DNA of 64,000 bases from Nageia nagi (lineage: Eukaryota > Plantae > Pinophyta), in assembly GCA_050084985.1 (NCBI GenBank), contig JBITNC010000001.1:6696001-6760000 (forward strand), written 5' to 3'. Positions within the stretch are counted from its first letter, which is position 1, and the number at the start of each line of letters is the position of its first letter. The notes under the pieces are model-generated. The model worked only from the letters and a program-made list of their open reading frames with translations, was not told where the DNA came from and did not search any database. Made by a program: the position numbers and the translations under genes. Below are positions 51,990 through 64,000 of this stretch, one piece after another.

Positions 51990-52330
51990 TGATGAGGACC
52001 ATTAGGGATCTTCCATACCCCATGTTGTAGTCCAAATAACTTGGAAGAGCTACATTGGGCCTTGGAAGAGTTAGGCACCCCACATTGGATATCTAGGAGG
52101 TTTTTCACTTGAATATGAGAATCAAGGAGATTAAAAACCATACATTAGAAATTTTGGAGTATTTCCACCTAATATTAGGCTTCAAAAAGGTTATACACCC
52201 CACATTCAACATATGGGAAGTTAGGCATCCTACATTGGGCCTTGGGAAGGCTGGGTTTCCCAAGTTGAATTTCAATGATCATGGTTACCAAATGTTGGGC
52301 TTGAGGGAGGATGTATTCCCATTATAGATT
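51990..52330. repeat. Degenerate 30-bp minisatellite
   Basis: CACATTGGGCCTTGG-type units in 30-bp register, reverse-complement homologue of 7521-7850. Confidence 0.7.
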
Positions 52331-53103
52331 ATTTTGGATCTAAGAAGAGATATGTTGTACCTCAAAAGGTATGCATACATGATGATGAGCTAACTAGCAT
52401 CTGGGTACCTCATGTTGGAGGATGAGGAGATTTCTTGCTTCACATTGGTCATGGAGAGAGTTTAGAATTCCATGATGAGACTTGTGGTGGATTATTTTCA
52501 CACTAGAAGAAAAGGATCCACCTATTTTCACTTACTCATGATTTTCTTAAGGTTCTTATATGTATATCCATGCATAAATACAACTACATTCTCATGTATC
52601 TTGAGGACTGTTATACAACAACTGATGAGAAGTTACAACTACATCAAACTAGGGAGTTTACATAAGACTTTAGCAATGAACACCACATTTCCATCCTATA
52701 TAAAGAATATTGAAGTTGAATTTCACCTTCTCTAGCCATTGTATCAGGATCAAAAGATTATTGGAAGATAATATGTTGTAGTTTTCCACCATTGCTTGAG
52801 GGCAAGCAATTTGAGAGGGGAGGCTTTTTGATGTCCCATTTACATAGTTGTAATTAGTTATAAGGTATGATTTATATCTCTTGTAATATATTTTATTAAT
52901 ATATTATACTTTTATGTTTATAATTTAGTATAGGAGACTTAATGGGTGAATGGACTCCATTGTGAGCCCCAAGTGGGACATATTACTCCAAAGCTTATAT
53001 TAGGTATTCTTATTATACTTGGATATCTTGATACATGATTATGGGAATCCCAAGGTCTATTTAGCATCTAGTAGATGAATGGGCACTTAATAAATCTTAG
53101 GAG

Positions 53104-54074
53104 TGGTAAGAAACCTTCCTAGACATAACTATTGATCGGTATAGTGTAACCTCAAGGGTTTGGTCTAGTTGTGTTCTCCACTTCCATAATGGTAGATTCC
53201 CTGAAAGAGCAGAAGGTGGTGGAGATGTGCTCATGTTGGTTTTTTGCTCCTCAATTTATAGGTCAATTCTTATCTATATTTAAGGTCAAAAAGTAACAAG
53301 AAAGGAATAAAAAGATGGAGAGTTATAGGAAAGAGATAAGTAAATAAACAACTAAAATAGGAAATTCACAACCCAAGCATTGTAGCACAAATAGCAATCC
53401 ATAGCCAAGATTAAAAATAGCAAACTATCTCCCACTTGGGGTCTCATAATCACAACACATAGCCACAACTTGAATAAAATATTCTGCACATAACATTCAT
53501 AAAAGCAATAACAACCACTTTATTGTAAGAGGGAAAAGCATTGTCTATATGTACTACCATATGTGAATTGCTCTTACAGATTAGGGCAAATTTGCTAAAA
53601 TGTTCAACCTTTTTGATTTCTAAAGCTAGCTATTTATACAAATTTCCCCTCCTTCCATGGTTGGGTTTCATTAATATACATTACTACTAACATTGAATGA
53701 AATAACTAAAATAGCACTATTTACATAAATGCTACAACTATGCTAGATTATACAGTGAATAAGTACTAATCAACATAACTATCTAGGAATTTACAACTTT
53801 TGGTCAGCCATGTCCATACAACTACAATCCTTCTAACATGTCATTGATTGCTCCTTCTTTGGCCTTGTATCTAATTGAATATAACCATATTGCTGATTAA
53901 AGGTAGCACTATAGCTATTTGAAGATAGCATTGTAACTAATTAAGTAGTTATTTGATTACACATAAATTGGTACAATTTGGTATTATGCTTTATTAGCTG
54001 CTATTTACTTCTTTGTAATCTTTATGATCTCTACTATGGATGTCAGTAATCAGAGTAATGGTGGTTGATAGACA
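53104..54074 (-). repeat. LTR (~970 bp) of a Tat-type gypsy element
   Basis: Minus strand TGTCTATC...CTTACCA, TATAAATAG at ~53632-53639. U5 part repeated in inverted orientation at 57072-57447. Confidence 0.7.
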
Positions 54075-56900
54075 TTATTGAGTCTTGTAGGAATAATACA
54101 AAACTGATAGCCAAAAATGACTCCAATAAATCCCACACTCTATTCCTATAGTTCTTCAGATAATGGTGCTTTGCACTGATCTAATTTCTAACTTGTTTAA
54201 TGACTAATACAAAATCACCATGGACAATCAAGCATCTAATACCTATACTAATTACTTTAGATAACCCTAAATAAAGGGTTTCATACTCAAAAACATTATT
54301 TGTATAAGTCCAAGTGAATTGAAAGGAGAATCTTTTGGTAGTCCCCTTGGGAGATTTGAAGACCACTCTAGCTCCACATCCATGTCTTCATCGGGAACCA
54401 TCAAAATACATCATCCATACCTCATGTTATTTATCAACAATAACTAAAATTGGCTAAAATTTCTCATATAGATAATAATTATCCATGCCATCATATATGA
54501 ATTGGTAATTTAGATCATTTGCTGATAGAACTTTGATTATTAGAAGTGATTCCTTTAGTGTGTCACTTTCAAATATCTCCATTGGTTATGGATCATTCAT
54601 AGAATTTACTTCATTGATCCTCTTGAAATGGATAGTTTTAATGCCTTCATTCAGCATCTTTACCTATTTATTTTGGAAAGGAAGTAGAATATGACTAGAG
54701 TCTAAGGCTAGGTACCCTCCCAATTTAGCAATAAATTCTTTGGAAAGACATATTTTGAATAGAGGTGTACGATCAACTAAAATAATGTCTTAAACAACAT
54801 GAATATCAATGAAGGCATTCAAGGTTATTTGAACACCTTTAACACTACCAACAACATCTACTGAGGAAGAATCTAACTATATGACACCATCAATACATCT
54901 TGTAATGTACAATTTAATTTTGTCTGCAACAACTTTAGGGATAATAGTTATGGTAACTCCAGTATTAATCATATAGTTATTTACTACCCAACCTTCTAAT
55001 CTCAAGGATAAATAGATAGGTGAGGGTCTTGTTACACCTATTGAAGCTAGAGGGACAACTTCAAACACAACATAGATAGGATTCTCTTCATTTTTCCTCT
55101 TTTTACTATTTCTTAACTTTAAAGCTTCTTGCAGAAGATCTAATTAACTTGGTATCTTTAATGCAACAAACATAGTCATCCTAAAAGGAGTTTTATTCAA
55201 TTCTTCCATAATATTGTACGAAGCATATGAGATGGACTTACTTGGTTTTTCTTATTGATGTGTTCTAAAATGTTGAGTAGCCTTTTTTTTTATGATAATC
55301 AATGATGAAAGGATATCTCAATGTACCAAGTCTTTCTTTCCCTAGGACTTCTTTTCTCATTACAACAAGGTTTGTTTCACTTGGGGCATTAGTACCTAGG
55401 TTTGATGGAATAGTACTTGAACTTGATGGAATAGTATTTAGATTAAATGAGACTTGATGATGTTGGTTTTGAGGTTAAGCTAATTGAGTCTTGGATTTCT
55501 TGGGTTTAGGTTGGGCTTGAGTGGGAGCTTGATACTGTTGAGTGGCTTGAGGTTGCTATGGAGTTGTTGAAGAAGTTGCTTTGGTTTGAACATAATTTGC
55601 TTATTCTTTAGCATAAGAATCCAAAAGTTGACCATTGTGAGGTTGATAGCAAGATCTGAAGTAGGTTATACCATCTAGTTAGAATGTAACCCCAAATACT
55701 GATGTTGATATACCACACATGAATCTAAAAAATGAGGAGCTAAACATGGTGGACACCATTCTATAATGCCTAAAGTAGCACTATTTGTAGAACTGGTCAT
55801 AATAGCATTCTCTATTATTTTAGGAGGATTAGACTATTCTAGCTAGTTAACCTTGGGCTAGAATCTTGGTTGATACTAATTATCATATCTTTTTTAATTA
55901 AAACCATGATTCTACCTTTCTTGTAGAGTGAACTTGTTGGTTAGATTTTTGATAGTTATCTCTAACTACCTTATTCTTTTCTCTTTTCAAGATTTAGGTT
56001 CAGTGCCAATAGTTGTGGATGCAAGAGTAGGTAATGTTGGTAGCTAATTTTGAATAGTAGGTTTTGGCTCTTAGGAGGTAAACTTGGAAATATAGGCATG
56101 ATTATTTTGGGTTGCATTTTACCAGAGGACACTAGGGTATGTTTAGCAGTCTTTGCTATGTGGTAAACATCTAGGAATGTATCTCCTAACATAAGAATAA
56201 GCATATTGAGGTTAGGAAGAAAATATTTTTTGTAATATACCAAAGCTTGAGCATTTGTTTTTCTAATCCTTTCTCATATGGACTTCTATGTTCTTTCAAA
56301 TATGATACTAAAATCATCAATAGATTCATGGGGATGTCTTTTGGTACATGCTATGAGGATAAGGAACCTGCTATCATCACCATCTGCAAAAACTCTTTTA
56401 ATCAAAGCCTAACACAACTCTCCCCATGAATTTATAGATGGGGGGGTGAGAGTTTTGAACCACTTAGTTGCTTTTCCTTTAAAAAAATATGACAGTAACC
56501 TTATCATCATAGTTTCATTAGTAATGTCAAATCTTGAAGCCAACAAAGATACATATTAACAATGCTCATATGGATTCTTTTCAAAGCCATCATACTTAGG
56601 TAAAACTTTAAAATCTACTTGAGGTATAGGTAGTGAATTAGCAGGTACAACCAAAGGATGACTATTATTCTAGGTAGGAAAATCTATTGCTTGAGCCATA
56701 CTTGGAGAATGTATAGGAGGTGAAGGATTTTTTGGTAATGAGTCAAATACAACTAACAAAGGGGTTTCCTTTAAAGGTATCAAAGGAGACATAACCCAAG
56801 ATATCTTTCATCTAGTCCTCCTGTTAGGAAATGATAGCTCTTGAAATCTAGGTTGTCTAAGGAAATTTTTGGCACCACTTCTAGTTAGTCTATGTTTCAG
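54075..56900 (-). pseudogene. Tat-type gypsy gag - protease - archaeal-type RNase H (aRH), truncated within aRH
   Basis: LPKYDG...FKGKATKWFKTL..SINSWGEL (gag), NYMINTGVTITIIP (PR), WMMYFDGS..GCGARVVFKSPKG..TNNVFEYETLYLGL..VHGDFVLVIKQV (aRH). Confidence 0.85.
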
Positions 56901-57049
56901 AGGTGTTAGGGTTCAAAATGTTGATTGGTTGATAATAGAGTAACCAATAAGGTTACAAGAACTTTATAATCTTGAAGAATCAAATTGATAACCCACCAAA
57001 TGAGGCTATTAGGCCTAACAACACCTAGTAAGTATGATATTTAGCTTAT

Positions 57050-57067
57050 GTCCCATCGAGCATGCCA
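57050..57067 (-). promoter_or_regulatory. Primer-binding site, tRNA-Arg type
   Basis: Minus strand TGGCATGCTCGATGGGAC, a CpG-decayed form of TGGCACGCCCGGTGGGAC typical of Tat/Ogre elements, located upstream of gag. Confidence 0.75.
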
Positions 57068-57071
57068 AAAA

Positions 57072-57447
57072 TGAAATGATTTCTTCAAGTTATGGCTATG
57101 TTTAAGTGCAAGATAGTTTACTATTCTTAATCTTGGTTATGGATTGCTACTTGTGCTACAATGCCTAGGTTTTAAATTTCCTATTGTAGTTGTTTATTTA
57201 CTTATCTCTTTCCTATAACTCTCCAACTTTTTATTCCTTTCCTATTACTTTTGACCTTAAATATAGATAAGAACTAACTTATAAACTAGATATTGAGCAA
57301 AAAACCAACATGAGTGCATCCCCACCACCTTCTACTCTTTCAAGGAACATACTATTGTGAGAAGTGGACAACACAACCAGAACAAACCCTTGAGGTTACA
57401 CTATATCGATCAATAATTATGTTTGCTTGGTTCAAGAATAACTACCA
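57072..57447 (+). repeat. Inverted copy of the U5 part of LTR 53104-53480
   Basis: Reverse complement aligns over ~370 bp, e.g. CAAACCCTTGAGGTTACACTATATCGATCAATA vs TATTGATCGGTATAGTGTAACCTCAAGGGTTTG. Ends in TACCA. Confidence 0.9.
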
Positions 57448-57584
57448 TTGTTATGTGGAAATGAGTTACTATAAATACATTAACAGGGCCCTGAGGGTCA
57501 AACACTTAAGATGAAGTGGACCTGGGTGTTGTTTCTCATGCATTAATATTTTACTTGCTTAGTGGGCTTTATGTTCATTTTTCA

Positions 57585-58120
57585 AGCTCTATTTATGATC
57601 TGGTTCTTCTAGAACCCATTGATTTTAGCCAAAAATCATGATGTCATCTCTTAGAACCAATAGGCTCTATTAATATTGTAATTTCTTTAATACCCTAATT
57701 TTCACAAAAAAAATGTGACATTATCTTCGTAAATCATCAATCTTTAGTGATATTCTAATTCTACCAAGACCCATTGATTCTAATAAAAACCTATGGCATC
57801 ATTTATTAAAATCATTAGGCTCTATTTATGTTCTTCAAAGTTTGCACTCACCATTGCTTACTTCAGGATCCACTTATTTAAAAAAAAAAATTATGACATC
57901 ATCATTCAAAATCCTTAGGCTTTATTGATGTTTTGATTCTACTGGACTCGCTTATTTTTACCAAAAATTATGACATCATCCTTCAAAATCCTTAGGCTCT
58001 ATTGATGTTCTTCAAAAGTCTACACCCACCATTGCTTGATTTGGAACCCGCTTATTTTTACCAAAAATTGTGACATCATCCTTCAAACTCCCTAGGCTTT
58101 ACTGATGTTCTTCAAAAGTT
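57585..58120. repeat. Tandem array of ~75-100 bp units in the Tat 3' UTR
   Basis: Recurrent TTATTTTTACCAAAAATT(A/G)TGACATCATCCTTCAAAATCCTTAGGCTCTATTGATGTTCTTCAAAAGT. Confidence 0.85.
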
Positions 58121-58624
58121 GAACTTTGAATGTGTACAAGTTTTAGATATTTGTGCCAACAATTCCTAGAGACTATAAGGCAATAAATATGATTTTAAGA
58201 AACTTTTACATACATCACTTCTTGAATATACTAAAGAAGATGACATGACTCCTGAACACTCTCAACTCTCGATCACTAAAGAATAAAAGAATATAGATTT
58301 GACATAAGTCTTATTGACATAACTCTTAGGTATCCTTATTTGCATAATATTTGAGTACTAATAAAAAAATGACTCTCGACACCATAAGGAAAAGAAATGA
58401 GAAGAGGATGGATTTATAATGGAAGAATACAAAATTTTATAACTCATGAAAACTCTAAAAGAATAATGTTCCCTCGAGTACTCTTATATACATAACTCTC
58501 GATCACTAAAGAATTAAATAATGAAGAATGAAAAATAATAGAATTACATAATTTTTGAGTGTTATTTTGAAGGAATACAATCTTCTAGTAGCTCTTTAGG
58601 GTCTTTACTTATTGGAGAATCCCT

Positions 58625-61600
58625 TCAACTATTGGTCCTAGTGGCTTGCCTAAAAGTGGACCTGGTTGCAGTCTCAATTGCTACCATCATGTTTGGTGGG
58701 AGGAATGAATGCATCCTTTTATTTAGATCACTTAGATCTTTATAATCAACTTGTGATAGGATGGGGGATACCTTAATCTTCTCTGTGTCTACTTTGAACC
58801 CTTCCATGACATTATTTAGCCTTCCAGCATGTAAAAATTTTATAATGGCTTCCTGAGCAACTCATTTATTTGTTGAAGATCTAAGATTTATTTCTAAAAA
58901 AAAGATTATTCCAAGAATTGAATGGTGTTGGATACCCAATTGGTAGCACTACCTTGTACATTTTTATCCTCCCACAATTTGAGAGCTTTCATGTTAATTA
59001 AAGAATTTGTTAATAAATCCCAACTCTATTATGAGCTGGTGTTTATTTATGTCCATGTTAAATACTAAACTTTAGAGGTCACAAATTTCTTGGATCCTTT
59101 TCTAATATGACTATTTTGGCTTAGAGAAGATTGTTGCAAACTTCTTTTCTATCAAAATTCTCAATCAGACCTTCATCCTTTCCAAAATTATTCTAAGTAT
59201 ATCTAGATCTAGCTTATGAAGAGCATTTTGAGCATGAAATTCCTTGATAGCCTGTATATCTTTCTCCTTGAGCTTGTGCAAGTGAGATAATGTTATTGTT
59301 ATATCACCAACTTGCTCTACCAAGGATTTTTTGAAGTTTTTCATGAGTAATAATAGCTTTGCATTATCATCTAATAGAACTTTATTTCTATAATAATAGT
59401 CTACATATTGGCCTCAATTTGCTTTATTTTTTGAGCATCCATGACTATAGCCTAAGATTTAAGCTCTTCTATCACTTGATTTGTAGTATCTAGCTTAGCT
59501 CTTAATGTTGCCATGCTCTTATCAAATTCTATTTTCTATTTATCAAGCTTTATAATCAATTCTTTATTCTTATTTTGCAAACCAACTACTATTTTATCTT
59601 TAAGGAAGCAATCTTTCTTATATTGATCAATTTTTTTATTCAATTTCTCTATTTTAGTCTCCATTGCTTGAAGACTTTTACCTGCTACCATTGAATTAAT
59701 TACAAGAAACCTAGACTAGTCAATAGCCAATGCACTCTGCATATTTACATCTATTATTATCATGAGAGTAAAATCTAGCTACCCTTGTTTAAAATTTATT
59801 TAAGCAATTTTCATATCTCCCATCTTTGTTACTTTGACCAAAATTCTCAACTACTGCTCAGGGAGCATAAGAGATTTATTAACAAAAGTTACCCAATCAA
59901 TGAATCTATAAATTATTTAGAAAAAATAGACTTTATTTTCTCTTATGAGACTATAGGTATAAAAGAATGAGTAGAAATAATTTCACTTGCAATAGGTGTA
60001 TCAACTTATTGAATTATTTGGGACTACTGAGGAAGAGTCAACTATTGGACTTCTAGTTCAGGTTCAACTTCTTCCATGGCCTCACCTTCTTAAAGCTTAT
60101 CCATTAGGTTAGAGTCCTTTTTTCTAGATTTATCATCATCATCACCATCTCTTGGCCCTCCTCCAGGTACAACTATTGCTATCTTACTAGACTCAGGTAT
60201 ACTTCCCTTGCTTTATTGAATCTAGCTCTGTCCCTCTTTTGAGGTTTATTTTTATTCTTATTCTTGAACTTATTCTATAGCACTAGCATCTGTATCCTAT
60301 GGCTCTTTGAATTCCTCTGTATCAAAATTTTTTTCTTCTTTTATCAACACCTTTAAGACTTCTTCTATTACCTTTGAAGGTGAAGGTATAATCATTTATG
60401 ATTGTGACATTGCTGTAGTTGATTGAGGCTTTTTTATAGGCTTTTACTTCTCCAATATCTGCTACCTTTAAGCAAGAGTTTGAACTTTTCTTTTCTTTTT
60501 AGGAGAAGATTCTTGAGAAGAAGTGGTGGTGTTTAAAGGTTTTATTCTCCCTTCTTTGGAATATAAACCATGCTAGATGGTTCTCTTATTTGCATTATCT
60601 TTTCCTATGCAGTAGGTTTCCCATGAAAATGAGGAGGAAGAGGCCATCCCAACTCTAGCAGAGGATCTTTGGAATACTTTGTCTCTCAATATTTATTATA
60701 TTTTAATATTCAAATAACTCACTTTCAATGTGGTAAATTTTTGTGGTATACTCAAATCTAAATCTTGTAAAATAATTAATTTTATTGGTACTCCACCTAA
60801 GATATGCTAATTGGGTGAGGACCTTTGAGTTGAGGACAAAATCTTGCCTCTTATTTTCTCAATTCCTATATTTTCTTATTTCTTCTAAGGCCATCTAAGC
60901 CTTATTCAAGGGTACAAATTCCCCATATAGGTACACTTTTGCCTCCTACTTAGTTTTATTTATAAAATATTTTATATGAGGCCTACTATCATGGACAAAT
61001 GCTATATGTTTCTTGCTAGTCCTTATTATCTAGGTCATTTCTCTTGATGGGTCATACATCCATGTAGTTCCCACCTTATCTAACTTGAAATTATATACAA
61101 TAAATTAGGCTATGCTATTTGTACATCTTATCTCTAAAAGAGTAAAATTCTTTGTAGAAGTTGGTATATTTACAATAGACTTAAAGTTACCTTCAAACCC
61201 ATATTTACTCTCTCTGACACAAATCTATCTACCCATATCTACTGAATACAACTGAGGGGTAACATATTTAGGCAAAAAGAAGGTTTTTTCAAAATACCCA
61301 TAACTAATTATTATGATGTGATTTCTCAAGAAGTACTAGTCATCATTTTTATTTTCACCTTATAACTCCCTTATTGTGCTCTTGTGCAGCCTAATGGGGA
61401 GTTTTCTAGTCAAAATTTTTACTACAATTGCCTAGAAGTTTTCCATGAACTTGTAGTAGGATCCATGGAACTTGGTCAAAATTGGCACCATCAGGTCAAT
61501 TGGCACTAGCACAACACTAGAACTTGCGGCTCAACTGGGAGCCCCACCTATATAAGTTTGTCCAAATTTTGATAGAAAAAGAGCCACCAAAGATATTAAG

Positions 61601-62392
61601 AATGTATAAAATATAATTTTTCAATCTTGAACAAACACCTCTTAATTTCTCTAGTTATGAAAGCTAGGAAATCATAGCAAAATTGAGCTTCTGAAATATT
61701 ATATGCCATGTGTACCATGGCTTCATCTACTTCAATCTAGGTCTTCTTTCCTAGGATGATTGCAAGTTCATGTAGCACTTCTCTATGTTTCTTTATTTCA
61801 AAAAGAGCTATTTGGTAGCTCAGTAAGAGTTTTGATTTTCTACTATCCTAGTATCTCCCATTTATCTAGCTCAATGTTTCATCTTAATTAATATAAAAAT
61901 CATGTTTCTCTATTTTGAAATCAATTTATTTTTTAACATGAAATGTCTAGTCTATGGAATAACAAATGCTTGGACAATGGAGTCAAGAGAGTAATCTAGA
62001 ACTGCTTCAAATATTGGCTTAGAAGTATCTCCCTCTTCAATGCTCTTGAACATTCCAATTTGGTACCCCTTTTGATGATGCCTATGTGCTAGGGAGTATA
62101 AGAGCTCAAGATAGGTGAAGGACTCATAGGGCACATGATATGCCAAACCTTGATCAATAATAACATCTTTCTTTGAATGAGTAAGTGACTTTCCTTTTTT
62201 GCTCAGTTTAGGTGTCTTAAGCTTCAAAATAATTTGGCTAGGGTCCACTCTTCATGTATCCATATGATTTATTACTCCCATCTTAGTCCAGTTCACTCCT
62301 AGTGCATTCTCAATATATTATTCTTGTAAATAGAGCAGGTTAGTGTTAAGTTATTCCATTTTGACTATAGAGGGTGATTGAGAGGTCTCCAT
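58625..62392 (-). pseudogene. Decayed extra ORF (~1200 codons) of unknown function downstream of integrase
   Basis: Protein-like frames from METSQSPSIVKM (62392) through the listed ORF 61952-62248, a K/E/S-rich segment and a coiled-coil-like segment, ending with ORF 58625-58807. Many stops, consistent with C-to-T decay. Confidence 0.6.
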
Positions 62393-62964
62393 GATATTAA
62401 CACCTTATATTGAACATCTAGTTATCATAAAAAATAGCAATTTGTGTGATGTGAGGTCCTACAACCTTTCTCTTTCTCAAGATAACTCAAATCTGAAATC
62501 TCTAAGCTCTAAATGCTCTGGAAACTTGAGTGCTCAAATTTAGCTAAGTGTCAAACTATAGAGTATGGGAGGAGTTTTATTTGTCCAAGGTTGGTAAAAT
62601 GTCCATTAATTATAATTACTTCTTGAGGATATCAATACCTGTGTATTATATGAATTGAGCTAGCATAGGTTGGATTAGTAAATTCAAAGCACACCAGACT
62701 TATTTATTGTACTTGTATCATGGTTTGTGAAATCTAAGGAAATCTTTCCTTAAATGCTATTTTATTTAGTGATAATTGAGCAACATGGCAGCATTAACTC
62801 TTGACTAAGCTGAATTAAAGTTGATAGCTAAGCGATATGCCAACATTAACTCTTAATAATATTGAATTAAATTTTATCATTAAAGACTATTTACTTTTTT
62901 GAAAACTATGCAACTAGATTTTTTTTTATAATATTTACACTATACAATGCCTTGGAAGAATACA

Positions 62965-64000
62965 AGCTTACCTTATCACTCGGTAATGTTTTAAATAGAT
63001 CCTATTGATGGGAATAGGTAATTATTGGAACCCAGTAACATCCCATAACTTGACTGTATTATTTTTCATAGCCTAGGTAATGATGTAAGGCCCACTCCAA
63101 AGAAAGTTAAATTTTAGTATCTTCCAAGTTTTTCTCTTTCCTCATCCCATTTAAGGACAATATCACCCAATTCAAACTTAATCTAAGAAGACTTTTACTT
63201 ATCAAACCACCTCTTGATGATGTGTTGGTGATGTTGGAATGACTCATATGCTTTGTTCTAATCTTCATCCAATTTTAGGAGCTAATTATATCTAGACTGT
63301 AGTGGCTCAAATTCATGGTCTTCTATTTCTTGTAGGATTTTTAAAGCTAGTAACTCTATGTGTACTGGCAACACTAGTCTTTTACCATATACCAATGCAT
63401 ATGGAGATGTCTTTATTATTGATTTTATACTAATTCTATCAGCCCATAATGCATAGTACAACTATTTATGCCACTATCTAGGATTCCTTCAATTATTCTC
63501 TTGATGATCTAGGTTAGATTTTTGTTAGTTGATTTAGCTAGCCTGTTACCTTATGGGTAATAGTTTGAAGAGAACAACTAGTAGATTCTATACTAAGCTA
63601 CAAATATTGATTACCTTCAATAAATGTTGAACCATTATTTGACACTATAATATGTGGTATTCCAAAGTGGGTGATTATCCTTATAATCATTTCTATCATC
63701 GCTTCTTGATTTGCATTTTTGCATGGCATAGCCTCTGACCATGTAGTGAAGTAATCTATTGTAGTCAAAATAAACTTGTGGCTTGCTGAGGAATTTGGGT
63801 TTATGACACCAATGAAGTCCATACCCCATTGTTGAAAAGGCTCTTTGACTACCATAGGTTTGAGAGGCATGGTAGCTTGTCTTCTCTTTCCCACAAATTT
63901 GTTACACTTATCACATTCCTAGGTAATCTTGAATGAATTCTAAAATATAGTGGGCTAATAATATCTAGCTTGTAATACTTTATTTCTATAGTTGTTTCAC
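62965..64000 (-). pseudogene. Tat/Ogre-type integrase (decayed)
   Basis: PFQQWGMDFIGVINPNSSASHKFILTTIDYFTTWSEAMP...HFGIPHIIVSNNG and C-terminal KFNFLWSGPY. Confidence 0.9.

Larger units (their letters stand above)
48524..53096 (+). mobile_element. Non-autonomous gypsy chromovirus derivative: gag + protease only; 3' LTR truncated
   Basis: 5' LTR 48524-49761, PBS TGGTATCAAAGC 49764-49775, PPT GAGAGGGGAGGCTT 52813-52826, 3' LTR 52827-~53096. No RT, RH or INT motifs found between protease and PPT. Confidence 0.85.
57448..64000 (-). mobile_element. Second Tat-type gypsy remnant: integrase, long 3' extra ORF, 3' tandem repeats (runs off the window)
   Basis: Integrase motifs, long decayed ORF in the same orientation, tandem arrays. 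No PPT or 3' LTR at the left end. Confidence 0.8.

Noticed and set aside
53104-57447. DIRS-like or TIR transposon because of inverted termini
   Set aside because: No tyrosine recombinase or transposase. Content is Tat gag-PR-aRH with a tRNA PBS, and one arm is part of a full LTR.

Overview
Eukaryotic, AT-rich, retrotransposon-saturated plant DNA. A giant intron, old decayed Ty1/copia and Ty3/gypsy elements, and a Tat element with protease-aRH domain order all suggest a large-genome gymnosperm (inference). The only intact host coding sequence is the last four exons (20475-21538, +) of an RCC1-repeat protein of the TCF1 (At3g55580/At3g53830) clade. I could not find its upstream exons, so everything before 20475 appears to be one intron of at least 20.4 kb. 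That intron holds a full-length copia element, two solo LTRs with target-site duplications (TSDs) and a composite gypsy LTR array. Downstream of the gene are three more full-length but pseudogenised copia elements with TSDs (one nested in the 3' LTR of another, both inside a CACTA transposon), a gag-protease-only chromovirus derivative, two Tat-type gypsy remnants and a PPR gene fragment. No RNA genes or CRISPR arrays are supportable. I found no demonstrable new multi-gene system. The best leads are: (i) a copia LTR whose U5 end is built from stacked relic primer-binding sites; (ii) a structured, stop-containing candidate cassette exon in the giant intron; (iii) a CpG-retaining promoter-like island that replaces the PBS of a copia element; (iv) a Tat remnant bounded by ~370-bp inverted U5 copies; (v) a ~3.7-kb extra ORF downstream of a Tat integrase. 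All coordinates and alignments were done by eye.
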